A DNA stretch of 64,000 nucleotides from an uncultured Ruminococcus sp. GTDB lineage: Bacteria; Bacillota; Clostridia; Oscillospirales; CAG-272. Of this stretch, positions 8,672 through 17,615 are shown in pieces. Under the pieces are notes generated by a model, which saw nothing but the letters and a program-made list of their open reading frames with translations, was not told where the DNA came from and ran no database searches. Each line of letters starts with the position of its first letter. The first letter of the stretch is position 1. Position numbers and translations under genes: made by a program. The stretch is taken from positions 11,887 to 75,886 of the forward strand of contig CAYXBQ010000009.1 in assembly GCA_964463375.1 (NCBI GenBank), read 5' to 3'.

Positions 8672-9833
8672 AAAAAATATAGCGTATATCTCAAAAGACG
8701 CTTTGCGGAATAATTATAAAGTCATAGAAGCCCGCCTAAAAAGCAGTGCCACGGAGCCGCCCCAGATCATCGCCACGGTGAAGGCCAATGCCTACGGACA
8801 TGGTGTGGATACCGTGACGGCGGTGCTGGGGGAGAACGGGTGCCGGTTCTTCGCCGTGTCTTCGGAAGCGGAGGCATTGCAGGTGCGGCAGCTGGAGCAG
8901 GCGCGTGGGCGGCATCCCCGGATCCTGATCTTAGGCTACACCTTCCCGGAGAACGCACCGGTCCTGGCAGAAAACGACATAGAATGCACCGCCGTTTCCC
9001 CCATCCATGGGGCGGCACTGGCAGAAGGCGTGGGGGCAGGGAAACTCCAGATCCACATCAAGCTGGACACCGGCATGCATCGGGTGGGCTTTGCCTGCGA
9101 TACGGCTGAAGCTGCGGTACAAACGGCAGAGGATATTGCTGCCCTTGCCCAAAATCCACACCTGCACATCACAGGCATATTTTCGCACTTTGCCTGCTGC
9201 GATGATGAAATGCTGGACGACCTACATCCCGTGCCGGAAGGAAAGCTCACCGAGATCCAGTGGATGCGGTACGAGCGTGTGCTGGGGCTGCTGCGGGAGA
9301 AGGGCATCGATGTAGGTACCCGTCACCTTGCCAACAGTGCGGCGATCCTGGGCTACACACCGGCGTGGCTGGATGCGGTGCGTGCGGGGATCATTCTCTA
9401 TGGCTTGTCCCCCGACGGTAAGCCTTGGACAAATGATGGGTTTGTGTCAGCCATGCAGCTGATGACCACCGTTGCCCATATCCAGACCCTGCGTGCCGGG
9501 GAGCACGTCAGCTACGGTGCCACCTATACTGCCACGGAGCCATGCACCATTGCCACTCTGCCCATTGGCTACGCAGACGGTTGGATCCGTGCCTACGCAG
9601 GTTCGGCGGTGACGATCCATGGGGAAGCCTTCCCGGTGGTGGGGCGGATCTGCATGGACCAGTGCATGGTGGACATCACGGGAGCCGAGGATCGGGTACA
9701 TATCGGAGACGATGTGGTCTTATTTGGGGGAGACCGTGGGGAGCGCATCGCCGCTCTGGCCGCCCGTGCCGATACCATCGTGTACGAATGCACCTGTCGG
9801 GTGAGCGATCGGGTACCCAGAAGACCGGTGTAA
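8661..9833 (+). CDS. alr: Alanine racemase
   Basis: PLP-lysine motif VKANAYGHG, VSYGATYT, and the C-terminal GRICMDQCMVD. Confidence 0.9.
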   Translation: MLHEKNIAYISKDALRNNYKVIEARLKSSATEPPQIIATVKANAYGHGVDTVTAVLGENGCRFFAVSSEAEALQVRQLEQARGRHPRILILGYTFPENAPVLAENDIECTAVSPIHGAALAEGVGAGKLQIHIKLDTGMHRVGFACDTAEAAVQTAEDIAALAQNPHLHITGIFSHFACCDDEMLDDLHPVPEGKLTEIQWMRYERVLGLLREKGIDVGTRHLANSAAILGYTPAWLDAVRAGIILYGLSPDGKPWTNDGFVSAMQLMTTVAHIQTLRAGEHVSYGATYTATEPCTIATLPIGYADGWIRAYAGSAVTIHGEAFPVVGRICMDQCMVDITGAEDRVHIGDDVVLFGGDRGERIAALAARADTIVYECTCRVSDRVPRRPV

Positions 9834-10000
9834 AGGGCGTAAACCGGCAAGGAATATGGAAAATTGTGCAAAACTGACAAAAGCAAGCGGAAATTTATGT
9901 GGATTTTATTCTTGCATTTTGCCCATAGCTTTGCTATAATAGTATGCACCGAGACCTGATACAAGGCCGGGGATCACATCGGGAAGGAGGTGCTTTTTCC

Positions 10001-10171
10001 ATGAAATATGTTTGCATCATTTGCGGTTACACGTACAACGAGCGGAAGGGTGACCCGGATAATGGCATCGAACCCGGAACCCGGTTTGAAGATCTGCCGG
10101 ATGATTTCGTTTGCCCGGAATGCGGCGTTGCCAAGGACGATTTCGAGGTGGAGACCATCGACGAGGACTGA
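10001..10171 (+). CDS. Rubredoxin
   Basis: 56 aa with [12 protein letters not shown]...DDFVCPECG (two CxxCG knuckles). AAGGAGG lies upstream. The promoter is TTGCAT-17-TATAAT at about 9913-9941. Confidence 0.9.
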   Translation: MKYVCIICGYTYNERKGDPDNGIEPGTRFEDLPDDFVCPECGVAKDDFEVETIDED

Positions 10172-10332
10172 ACCTTGCCAAATGTAGAGAGACAGGTTTA
10201 TTTGCACAGCCATGGGGCTGGGGCAAAGACCTGTTTTTTCTATGCCAAAACCGGGCAAAGCTATTGCACTTTTCGCTGGAATATGCTATAATGTATCTAT
10301 TATTAAAATGGGATTTTTGTGGGGATAGAGAG

Positions 10333-11475
10333 ATGCGGGAACGAGTGGCTGTGCGGGCTTGCGGGGCCTATGAGGAAGAGGCGATTTTTGCCTGTGTGGC
10401 AGAGATGTTTGCGGCGCTTAGGATCGAGAAAACGCTGTTTGCCGGGTGTCGAGTGGCACTGAAGCCCAATTTGGTCATGGCGAAAAAGCCGGAGGCGGCG
10501 GCTACCACCCATCCAGCCGTCATCGCTGCGGTAGCAAAGCTGGTGCTGGCGTGGGGAGCGAAGGAGGTCGTGGTGGTGGACAGCCCGGGAGGACCCTACA
10601 CGGCGGTGTATTTGGAGAATGTGTATCGCACCTGTGGACTGTCCACGCTAAGTGAGATCCCCGGTGTACGGCTGAATGACGATTTTCGGTTTCAGGCAGT
10701 GACCCTGCCTACGGGCCGCACGCTGCATAACTGCACCATACTACAAACGATTTCGGACTGCGATATTCTGATCAACCTATGTAAGCTCAAGACCCATGGG
10801 CTGACCGGCCTGAGCTGCGCCACCAAGAATCTGTTCGGCGTGATCCCCGGTGTAGAAAAATTTTCCATGCACGCCACCTTCCCAAAGATCGAGGACTTTT
10901 CCGATATGCTGGTGGACATCACCGAATATATCCGTGCGGAGAAGCCCTATATCGCCCTGTGTGACGGGATCCTGGGGATGGAGGGCAACGGTCCCACCCA
11001 TGGAGAACCGGTGTCTGCGGGGGGCCTGCTGGCCGCACGGAATCCATACGCACTGGACGTGGTGGCGGCGCACATCATCGGCTGTGACGTGCCGGTGGTG
11101 CATCTGGACAAAGCGCAGGAGCGCGGGCTGGTGTCCACACGGGACCCACAGGAGATCGAGGTGGTGGGAGACCCACTGCCCGGTTATCACTTCATGCCGC
11201 CGGAGGCCTCTGCCGGACGGTTTCTAAAAAATCTATCGGGCATCTGCGGTGGCAGGCTGGCAGAATTTTTTGCCGCCAAACCACGGATCGATGGGAAAAA
11301 GTGCATCGGCTGTGGCGTGTGCGTGCGCTCCTGCCCGGCGCATACCATCACCATCCGGGACAAAAAAGCCGTGATCCACGGAAAGGCGTGCATCCGGTGC
11401 TATTGCTGTCAGGAGCTGTGTCCCCATGGGGCGGTGGGGATGCAAAAGAATCCGTTGATCCGGCTGGTGCATTGA
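10333..11475 (+). CDS. DUF362 domain protein with a C-terminal 2x[4Fe-4S] ferredoxin domain
   Basis: DUF362-type N-terminus (RVALKPNLV...THPAVIAAVAKLV...VVVVDSPG). The C-terminus carries CIGCGVCVRSCP and CIRCYCCQELCP. Confidence 0.8.
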   Translation: MRERVAVRACGAYEEEAIFACVAEMFAALRIEKTLFAGCRVALKPNLVMAKKPEAAATTHPAVIAAVAKLVLAWGAKEVVVVDSPGGPYTAVYLENVYRTCGLSTLSEIPGVRLNDDFRFQAVTLPTGRTLHNCTILQTISDCDILINLCKLKTHGLTGLSCATKNLFGVIPGVEKFSMHATFPKIEDFSDMLVDITEYIRAEKPYIALCDGILGMEGNGPTHGEPVSAGGLLAARNPYALDVVAAHIIGCDVPVVHLDKAQERGLVSTRDPQEIEVVGDPLPGYHFMPPEASAGRFLKNLSGICGGRLAEFFAAKPRIDGKKCIGCGVCVRSCPAHTITIRDKKAVIHGKACIRCYCCQELCPHGAVGMQKNPLIRLVH

Positions 11476-11554
11476 GCAACCAACGTAGTGCGGAGCGTGG
11501 ATAGAGTGATTCCACACTCCCCATTTCACATTTCAAACTGAACAAGGAACAACC

Positions 11555-12424
11555 ATGACCATAACAAAACGGGCGTTTGCCAAACTCAATTTGTACCTGG
11601 ACGTGATGGGAAAGCGGCCGGACGGATACCACGATATCAAAAGCGTTATGATGCAGGTCAGCCTCCACGATCTTGTCACGGTGACCAGAGACGGCGGGAG
11701 CAGCATTCGTCTGGCCGATATGGGAGACGATCTGCCAAACGGGGAAGAGAACATTGCCTATCGCTGTGCCGATGCGTTTCTGCGGCACTACGACCTGCGG
11801 GAAGGCGTGTCCATCCGGATCGAGAAGCATATCCCCATTGCGGCGGGACTGGGCGGGGGCAGTGCGGACGGCGGTGCGGTGCTGACTGCCATGGCAGAGC
11901 TGTTCGCAGACATGATCCAGACCGATCTGGACACCCTTTGTGCCATCGGCAGTACCATTGGTGCGGACATCCCCTTCTGCGTGGTGGGGGGCTGTGCGAA
12001 GACCCTGGGCATCGGTGACCGGATCACGCCGCTGGACTACACCACAGACTGCACCATCCTGTTGGCAAGAGACGGCAGCGGTGTCTCTACCCCCCGTGCC
12101 TACGGCGCACTGGACGCTTTGTACGGCGAGAGACTGGGGGAGGACTTTGGCGACTTCGAGGGCTTTCTTGCCTCTCTGGCGGCGGGAGACTCCATACCCC
12201 GGCATATGCGCAACACCTTCGAGGACGTGATCCTGCCAAACCATCCGGAGGCGACAGCCCTGCGAGAACGGATCACAGCCGGTGGTGGGGTCCCGCTGAT
12301 GAGTGGTAGTGGCCCTGCTGTGTTCGGGCTGTTTCCGGATGTGGCGGCGGCAAACCATGTGTACCGGGCACTGCAAGCCGAGGGGATCGAAGCGTACCTA
12401 TGCCATGGGGTGTCCCGGATGTGA
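11555..12424 (+). CDS. ispE: 4-diphosphocytidyl-2-C-methyl-D-erythritol kinase
   Basis: AFAKLNLYLDV, the GHMP kinase motif IPIAAGLGGGSADGGA, and MSGSGPAVFG. Confidence 0.9.
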   Translation: MTITKRAFAKLNLYLDVMGKRPDGYHDIKSVMMQVSLHDLVTVTRDGGSSIRLADMGDDLPNGEENIAYRCADAFLRHYDLREGVSIRIEKHIPIAAGLGGGSADGGAVLTAMAELFADMIQTDLDTLCAIGSTIGADIPFCVVGGCAKTLGIGDRITPLDYTTDCTILLARDGSGVSTPRAYGALDALYGERLGEDFGDFEGFLASLAAGDSIPRHMRNTFEDVILPNHPEATALRERITAGGGVPLMSGSGPAVFGLFPDVAAANHVYRALQAEGIEAYLCHGVSRM

Positions 12425-12554
12425 TTTTTGGTGGATCGCAGCAAAACGCACTTTGTTTTTGCAAAGATTTGGCAAAACCGCCATTGCAAAAAACGGACGA
12501 ATGTGCTACAATACTCCTTGCGTTTATTATATGTTGTAATTTGGAGGATGAAGG

Positions 12555-14024
12555 ATGAAGAAGCCTATCGCAAAGCTGCTGGTGCTGGCGATGCTGCTGT
12601 CTGCCTGTGTGGGCTGCGGCAACAATGCAAGCGAAACCACCGCAGACACCACTGCTGACACTACACCCGTAGAGACGGAGACCGAGACCCTGTACGAGCT
12701 GGACGACCTGCCCGCTGACCTGCACTACGGCGGCAAGACCGTCACCACCTTTGGCTGGAGCGGTCCCGCTACGCCGGAATTCTATGTGGAAGAGGAAAAC
12801 GGCGAGATCGTCAACGATGCTATCTTCCAGCGGAACCTGAAGGTGGAGGAACGGCTGGGCGTGACTCTGGAATATCGTCTGGAGCCCGGTGCCTTCAACG
12901 ACCGTGCCGCATGGGCAAAGACCCTGAACCAGAGCATCACCGCCGGGGACAGTGCCTATGATATTGCGGCCGGGTACTCCATGGCGGGTGCGTCTCTGGC
13001 CGTGTCCAATATGCTCATCGACCTGAACGGGCTGGAGTATCTGAATTTTGACAAGCCCTGGTGGCCGAAATCCCTGCAATCCGAGGCGACCTGCGGCGGC
13101 AAGCTGTACTTCTGCTCCGGCGATATTTCCACCTACATGATCTACTACATGTACGCCATGTACTTCAACAAGCAGCTGGTCATCGACTATGCCCTGGAGG
13201 ATCCCTATGATCTGGTGCAGGAGAACAAGTGGACCCTGGACAAAATGCTCTCCATGACCGAGGGCGTGTATCAGGATACCAACGGCGACGGCAAGAAGGA
13301 CATAGGCGACGTGTACGGCTTTGGCACCCACACCACCTATGTGGACCCATTCTACTTCAGCGTTGGTCTGCGGACGACTGCCAAGGACGAGAACGACATC
13401 CCGGTGATCTCCGATGCCTTTGGGGGAGAGAAGACCCACGAGCTACTGATCACCCTGGTGGACTGGTTTGACACCAACGATGCATGGCTGGAAGGGGCAG
13501 ATTATGCCAACACCGGCAATATGTTCGCCGAGGGTCGGTCCCTGTTCACCGACAACGAATTTATGTACACCGTCACCTACCTGCGCTCCTCGGATGTGAA
13601 TTTTGGTGTGGTGCCCATGCCGAAGTACGACGAAGAACAGCAGGATTACTACACCGTTATGTCCTTCCCCTATTCCCTCTACGGCGTGCCGGTAGACGCT
13701 GCCGATCCCGATATGTCTGCGGCTGTGATGGAAGCCCTGGGTTCGGAAGGGTATCGTACCGTGTCTCCTGCGCTGTTTGAGACCGCATTCAAGGCGAAGT
13801 ATGCCCAGGACGACAAGACTGCCCAGATGTTCGACATTATCCGCTCCTCCGTGGTCTTCGACTTTGGCCGGGTGTTCAACGACAGTATGCAGTCCATGAC
13901 CTTCGGCTTGTTCCGGGACGCTGTGGGCAGTGGCAACACCAACTGGGTCTCCACGTACCAGAGCAAGGAAAAGGCACTGAACAGCAATCTGCAAGCGGTG
14001 GTAGATGCACTGTTGAACGAATAA
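12555..14024 (+). CDS. ABC transporter extracellular solute-binding lipoprotein (large family-1, LplA-like, probably carbohydrate-binding)
   Basis: Lipobox LLSAC and a Thr/Glu-rich linker. SBP-family segments include WWPKSL and the DTNGDGKKDIGD loop. Its own promoter is TTGCAA-17-TACAAT at about 12487-12515. Confidence 0.85.
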   Translation: MKKPIAKLLVLAMLLSACVGCGNNASETTADTTADTTPVETETETLYELDDLPADLHYGGKTVTTFGWSGPATPEFYVEEENGEIVNDAIFQRNLKVEERLGVTLEYRLEPGAFNDRAAWAKTLNQSITAGDSAYDIAAGYSMAGASLAVSNMLIDLNGLEYLNFDKPWWPKSLQSEATCGGKLYFCSGDISTYMIYYMYAMYFNKQLVIDYALEDPYDLVQENKWTLDKMLSMTEGVYQDTNGDGKKDIGDVYGFGTHTTYVDPFYFSVGLRTTAKDENDIPVISDAFGGEKTHELLITLVDWFDTNDAWLEGADYANTGNMFAEGRSLFTDNEFMYTVTYLRSSDVNFGVVPMPKYDEEQQDYYTVMSFPYSLYGVPVDAADPDMSAAVMEALGSEGYRTVSPALFETAFKAKYAQDDKTAQMFDIIRSSVVFDFGRVFNDSMQSMTFGLFRDAVGSGNTNWVSTYQSKEKALNSNLQAVVDALLNE

Positions 14025-14032
14025 AAAATACA

Positions 14033-14072
14033 AAGCAGGTGTAAGCCAAATGGTTTGCACCTGCTTTTTTTT
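14033..14072 (+). terminator. Rho-independent terminator after the solute-binding protein gene
   Basis: AAGCAGGTG (14033-14041) pairs with CACCTGCTT (14058-14066). A T8 run follows. Confidence 0.7.
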
Positions 14073-14115
14073 GCGTTTTATAGAAGAATCTTGTTTACAT
14101 AAGTATCAAACGGCA

Positions 14116-14148
14116 AACAAAAAAGTGGGCACAAAACGTACCCACTTT
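14116..14148 (-). terminator. Rho-independent terminator of pckG
   Basis: AAGTGGG (14123-14129) pairs with CCCACTT (14141-14147). On the minus strand a U-run follows (plus-strand A-run 14117-14124). Confidence 0.6.
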
Positions 14149-14173
14149 GTATTTCTGATTTCTGACCTTACGC

Positions 14174-15958
14174 TCAGCCCAGTCTCTTGTCCAGAGCTTC
14201 CAGTTCTTCCCACATTTCAGCGGGAACTCTTTCGCCGATCAGGTTGTAGAATTCCTTGATGTTGTCAATGTCAGCCTTCCAGGAATCGTGGTCAACAGAT
14301 ACCAGCTCCTTGATGGTGTCCAGCGTCACATCGGACAGACCTTCGATGTTGATATCTTCAGCCTTCGGAACATAACCGATAGCGGTCTCCACAGCGTCTA
14401 CCTTGTCTTCACAACGAGCCAGGATCCACAGCAGCACTCTCATGTTGTCGCCGAAGCCGGGCCAAATGAAGTTGCCTTCATCGTCGGTACGGAACCAGTT
14501 CACGTGGAAGATCTTGGGGGCATGGGGGATCTTCTTGCCCATATCCAGCCAGTGCTTGAAGTAGTCACCCATGTTGTAGCCAACGAAGGGACGCATAGCC
14601 ATGGGGTCACGACGTACTACGCCAACAGCACCGGAGGCAGCAGCAGTGGTTTCGGAAGCCATGATGGAACCAACGAAGGTACCGTTCTGCCAGCTGGTGG
14701 ACTGATATACCAGGGGAGCGGTCTTTGCACGTCTGCCACCGAATACGATCGCGGAGATCGGCACACCGGCGGCATTGTTGAATTCAGAGGACAGGCAGGG
14801 GCAGTTGACAGCCTTTGCGGTGAACCGGGAGTTCGGATGTGCGCCGCAGGTGGACTTGTCCTTCTTGTCGTACTTGGTGCAGTCCCAAGGATTGCCCTTC
14901 CAGTCGATGGCATTGCCGGGTGTGGGCGGATTGTTGTCCAGACCTTCCCACCAAACGGTGTTGTCGGCGGTGTTATGCACAACGTTGGTGAAGATGGTGT
15001 CCTTCATGGTGGTATGCAGGGCGTTGGGGTTGGACTTTTCGTTGGTACCAGGAGCTACACCGAAGAAGCCGTTTTCCGGGTTCATAGCCCACAGTCTGCC
15101 GTCCTTACCGATCCGCAGCCATGCAATGTCGTCACCTACGCACCATACCTTGTAGCCCTGCTTCTGGTAGATTTCCGGCGGGATCAGCATAGCCAGATTG
15201 GTCTTACCGCAAGCGGACGGGAATGCAGCGGAGATGTACTTCACTTCGCCGTTGGGATATTCAACACCCAGGATCAGCATGTGCTCAGCCATCCAGCCTT
15301 CGTTGCGACCCAGGAAGGAAGCGATACGCAGTGCAAAGCACTTCTTACCCAGCAGTACGTTTCCGCCGTAGCCGGAGTTTACAGACCAAATGGTGTTGTC
15401 TTCCGGGAAGTGGCAGATGTAACGGTTTTCTTCGTCCAGATCAGCCTTAGCGTGCAGACCCTTGATGAAGCCGGCATCGTCGCCCAGGGCATCCAGAACG
15501 TCCTTGCCCACACGGGTCATGATCAGCATATTCAGTACGACATAGATAGAGTCGGTCAGCTCGATGCCGTACTTGGCAAAGTCGGAACCAACGATACCCA
15601 TGGAGTAGGGGATCACATACATGGTGCGACCCTTCATGGAGCCACGATACAGCTTGGACAGCTTTTCGTAGCATTCGGCGGGAGCCATCCAGTTGTTGAT
15701 GTTACCGGCGTCTTCCTTCTTGGTGGTGCAGATAAAGGTTCTGCCTTCCACACGAGCCACGTCGTTGACAGCGGTGCGATGCAGGTAGCATCCGGGGAGC
15801 TTTTCCTGGTTCAGCTTGATCATCTCGCCGGTGGAGCAAGCCTCAGCACGCAGGGCCTCAGCCTGTTCTTCGGAACCGTCGATCCAGACGATCTTGTCGG
15901 GCTGGGTCATAGCAGCCATTTCTTCGATCCAGGACAGTACGTATTTGTTCTGTGTCAT
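14174..15958 (-). CDS. pckG: Phosphoenolpyruvate carboxykinase (GTP)
   Basis: 594 aa, with the family pattern of GTP-dependent PEPCK visible over the full length (WMAEHMLILG, AAFPSACGKTNLAM, NWFR..DG.FIWPGFGDN). A minus-strand promoter TTGCTT-17-TATAAT lies at 16048-16076. Confidence 0.95.
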   Translation of the reverse strand: MTQNKYVLSWIEEMAAMTQPDKIVWIDGSEEQAEALRAEACSTGEMIKLNQEKLPGCYLHRTAVNDVARVEGRTFICTTKKEDAGNINNWMAPAECYEKLSKLYRGSMKGRTMYVIPYSMGIVGSDFAKYGIELTDSIYVVLNMLIMTRVGKDVLDALGDDAGFIKGLHAKADLDEENRYICHFPEDNTIWSVNSGYGGNVLLGKKCFALRIASFLGRNEGWMAEHMLILGVEYPNGEVKYISAAFPSACGKTNLAMLIPPEIYQKQGYKVWCVGDDIAWLRIGKDGRLWAMNPENGFFGVAPGTNEKSNPNALHTTMKDTIFTNVVHNTADNTVWWEGLDNNPPTPGNAIDWKGNPWDCTKYDKKDKSTCGAHPNSRFTAKAVNCPCLSSEFNNAAGVPISAIVFGGRRAKTAPLVYQSTSWQNGTFVGSIMASETTAAASGAVGVVRRDPMAMRPFVGYNMGDYFKHWLDMGKKIPHAPKIFHVNWFRTDDEGNFIWPGFGDNMRVLLWILARCEDKVDAVETAIGYVPKAEDINIEGLSDVTLDTIKELVSVDHDSWKADIDNIKEFYNLIGERVPAEMWEELEALDKRLG

Positions 15959-16315
15959 TCTTATAACTCTCCTTATATTTGATTCTTGTTATGCATGATT
16001 TCAATGTATGCCCGTACAGGATGGGCGAACCTTGTTTTCCGTATACCATTATACCGTACCGGCACACAAAAAGCAAGAGACGGAATATGAATTTTTTATT
16101 CGATACTGGTCATAATTTTTGTGCATTTTGTGTTGCTTTGCGTGAAGCATAGTTTGATCGGTGATACAGAGAAATCCAAAGATCCGTTGGATCCCTCGCT
16201 CCGGTTTCTGATGATAACACTTGCGCATTATTTGAACACAGATGCATCTGCTCTCGTATTTCCGATCTCTGCCTTCTCTCTGCGCCTTTTCCAAAAGATT
16301 TTTTTGAGAAATTTC

Positions 16316-16354
16316 GGAACAAGTGTTTACAAATGGGAAAAAGTGTGCTATAAT
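16316..16354 (+). promoter_or_regulatory. lexA promoter with an overlapping Firmicute SOS (Cheo-type) box
   Basis: GAAC-AAGT-GTTT (16317-16328) matches GAAC-N4-GTTY. It overlaps the -35 TTTACA (16326-16331). A 17-nt spacer precedes the -10 TATAAT (16349-16354), which has an upstream TG. Confidence 0.6.
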
Positions 16355-16394
16355 ACAGGTATGTAGACAAAAACCCAACAGAATCACGACAGAC

Positions 16395-16474
16395 ACACAT
16401 TGCCTAAAGCAAGTACATGTTGCTTTCAGCAAGTACACATTGCCTACGGCAAGTACACGTTGCTTATAGCAAGT
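16395..16474. repeat. Four head-to-tail 20-nt tandem repeats, consensus ACAYRTTGCYTWNRGCAAGT
   Basis: The units are 16395-16414, 16415-16434, 16435-16454 and 16455-16474. Units 1 and 3 match at 18/20 positions and units 2 and 4 at 17/20, which suggests a duplicated 40-nt block. Each unit holds TTGC-N5-GCAA, and each junction forms GCAA-N7-TTGC. Confidence 0.9.
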
Positions 16475-16497
16475 GGGTCAAGAAAGGTGGAACGTAT

Positions 16498-17115
16498 ATG
16501 ACGCCATTAACGCCAAAGGAACAGGCCATTTTTGAGTATATCCGAGACAATATCCGCTCGAAGGGGTATTCGCCCTCCATCCGGGATATCCGCACTGCCC
16601 TGGACATCAAGTCCACCTCCACGGTACACACCTACCTGGAACGGCTGGAACGCAAGGGCTATATCCATAAGGAAAACGGTAAGAGCCGTACTCTCCGGGT
16701 CGAGGATAACACGGAAGCCGGCAAGGGAGGTCACAACGGTACCAGAGTGCCGATCGTGGGCAAGGTCACAGCCGGTACGCCGATCTTAGCTGTGGAAAAC
16801 TATGAGGGCTTCATCACCTATCCGGAAGGGGAGGGACGCTCCCACGATTCGCCGCTCTTTGCCCTTCGTGTGCAGGGTGACAGCATGATCGAGGCCGGTA
16901 TCATGGACGGAGATCTGGTGATCGTGGAAAAATGCGAATACGCCGAGAACGGCGAGATCGTGGTGGCTATGGTAGACGACTCTGCTACCGTCAAGGTCTT
17001 CTATCGAGAGAACGGCCATTTCCGTCTCCAGCCCCGCAACGCCTTCCTGGATCCCATCCTCTTAGACGAGGTGGTCATCTTAGGACGTGTTCTGGCAAGC
17101 ATCCGGTACTATTGA
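16498..17115 (+). CDS. lexA: LexA repressor
   Basis: N-terminal wHTH (SIRDI..ALDIKSTSTVHTYLERLERKGYI), Ala-Gly cleavage site (VTAGTP), and the Ser/Lys dyad (GDSM ... ATVKVF). AAAGGTGG SD lies upstream of ATG 16498. Confidence 0.95.
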   Translation: MTPLTPKEQAIFEYIRDNIRSKGYSPSIRDIRTALDIKSTSTVHTYLERLERKGYIHKENGKSRTLRVEDNTEAGKGGHNGTRVPIVGKVTAGTPILAVENYEGFITYPEGEGRSHDSPLFALRVQGDSMIEAGIMDGDLVIVEKCEYAENGEIVVAMVDDSATVKVFYRENGHFRLQPRNAFLDPILLDEVVILGRVLASIRYY

Positions 17116-17186
17116 TCACCCGGCAAAACGGAGTGACATAAAACAGCAACCCCAAAATAGCTTACATACAGAAAGGAAACAACACA

Positions 17187-17600
17187 ATGGCTAACGAGAT
17201 CGTAAAGGGAATGGGCTTCCATCACATCGCCGTGAAGGCAATCGATTTTGACGCTTCCCTGAAATTCTACACCGAGGGACTGGGTATGAAATACTACACC
17301 GGCTGGGGCGAGGGCAATGACCGTATCGCTATGCTGGATCTGGGTGACGGCGGGATCTTAGAGCTGTTCGCCGGTGCCGAAGGTGAAGCCTGCAACAACC
17401 GCTACATCCACTTTGCCCTGCGGGTAGACGATGTGGATGCTGCCTATGCAAGAGCCCTTGCCGCCGGTGCCACCCCCAAGAGCGAACCCAAGGTCGTGCC
17501 GCTGGATTCCCACCCGGTGAAGCTGACCCTGAACTGTGGCTTCGTATACGGCCCCAACGGGGAAGAGCTGGAGTTCTTCCGGGTCGTGAGCGCCGAATAA
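17187..17600 (+). CDS. VOC-family protein (glyoxalase / bleomycin-resistance / dioxygenase fold)
   Basis: 137 aa. GFHHIAVKAIDFDASLKFYTEGLGM plus a second beta-alpha-beta-beta-beta module (IHFALRVDDVDAAY). Confidence 0.8.
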   Translation: MANEIVKGMGFHHIAVKAIDFDASLKFYTEGLGMKYYTGWGEGNDRIAMLDLGDGGILELFAGAEGEACNNRYIHFALRVDDVDAAYARALAAGATPKSEPKVVPLDSHPVKLTLNCGFVYGPNGEELEFFRVVSAE

Positions 17601-17615
17601 CAGGAGGAGATAACC

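Noticed and set aside
10111-10332. Long 5' extensions of track ORFs: the DUF362 gene at 10111, glgP at 24275, the PFK at 55595, the MBL gene at 52048 and dnaX at 4860
   Set aside because: The extensions overlap upstream genes, terminators or promoters, and lack an SD. In each case an internal start has a strong SD and gives a family-typical N-terminus.
14288-15982. A 564-aa plus-strand ORF opposite pckG. Similar long antisense ORFs lie at 5355-6512, 12273-13439, 18228-19391, 21233-22711, 33472-34572, 50365-51702 and 55730-56848.
   Set aside because: All of them mirror confidently assigned genes. All have skewed amino-acid composition and lack translation signals.
16121-16366. An 81-aa plus-strand ORF, and minus-strand ORFs at 16049-16438 and 16110-16400, in the pckG-lexA spacer. 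A YneA-like SOS division inhibitor divergent from lexA was considered.
   Set aside because: None has an SD, a LysM domain or a TM segment as in YneA. Their composition is Cys/Phe-rich and implausible, and they overlap the assigned promoters.
16395-16474. Possibility that the 20-nt repeats are a mini CRISPR array
   Set aside because: The units are contiguous with no spacers. They are too short and too few, and no cas genes are nearby.
16417-16497. An in-frame ATG that would add 27 residues, encoded by the tandem repeats, to the N-terminus of LexA
   Set aside because: There is no SD upstream of 16417. A good AAAGGTGG SD precedes ATG 16498, and the product from that start aligns with a standard LexA N-terminus.
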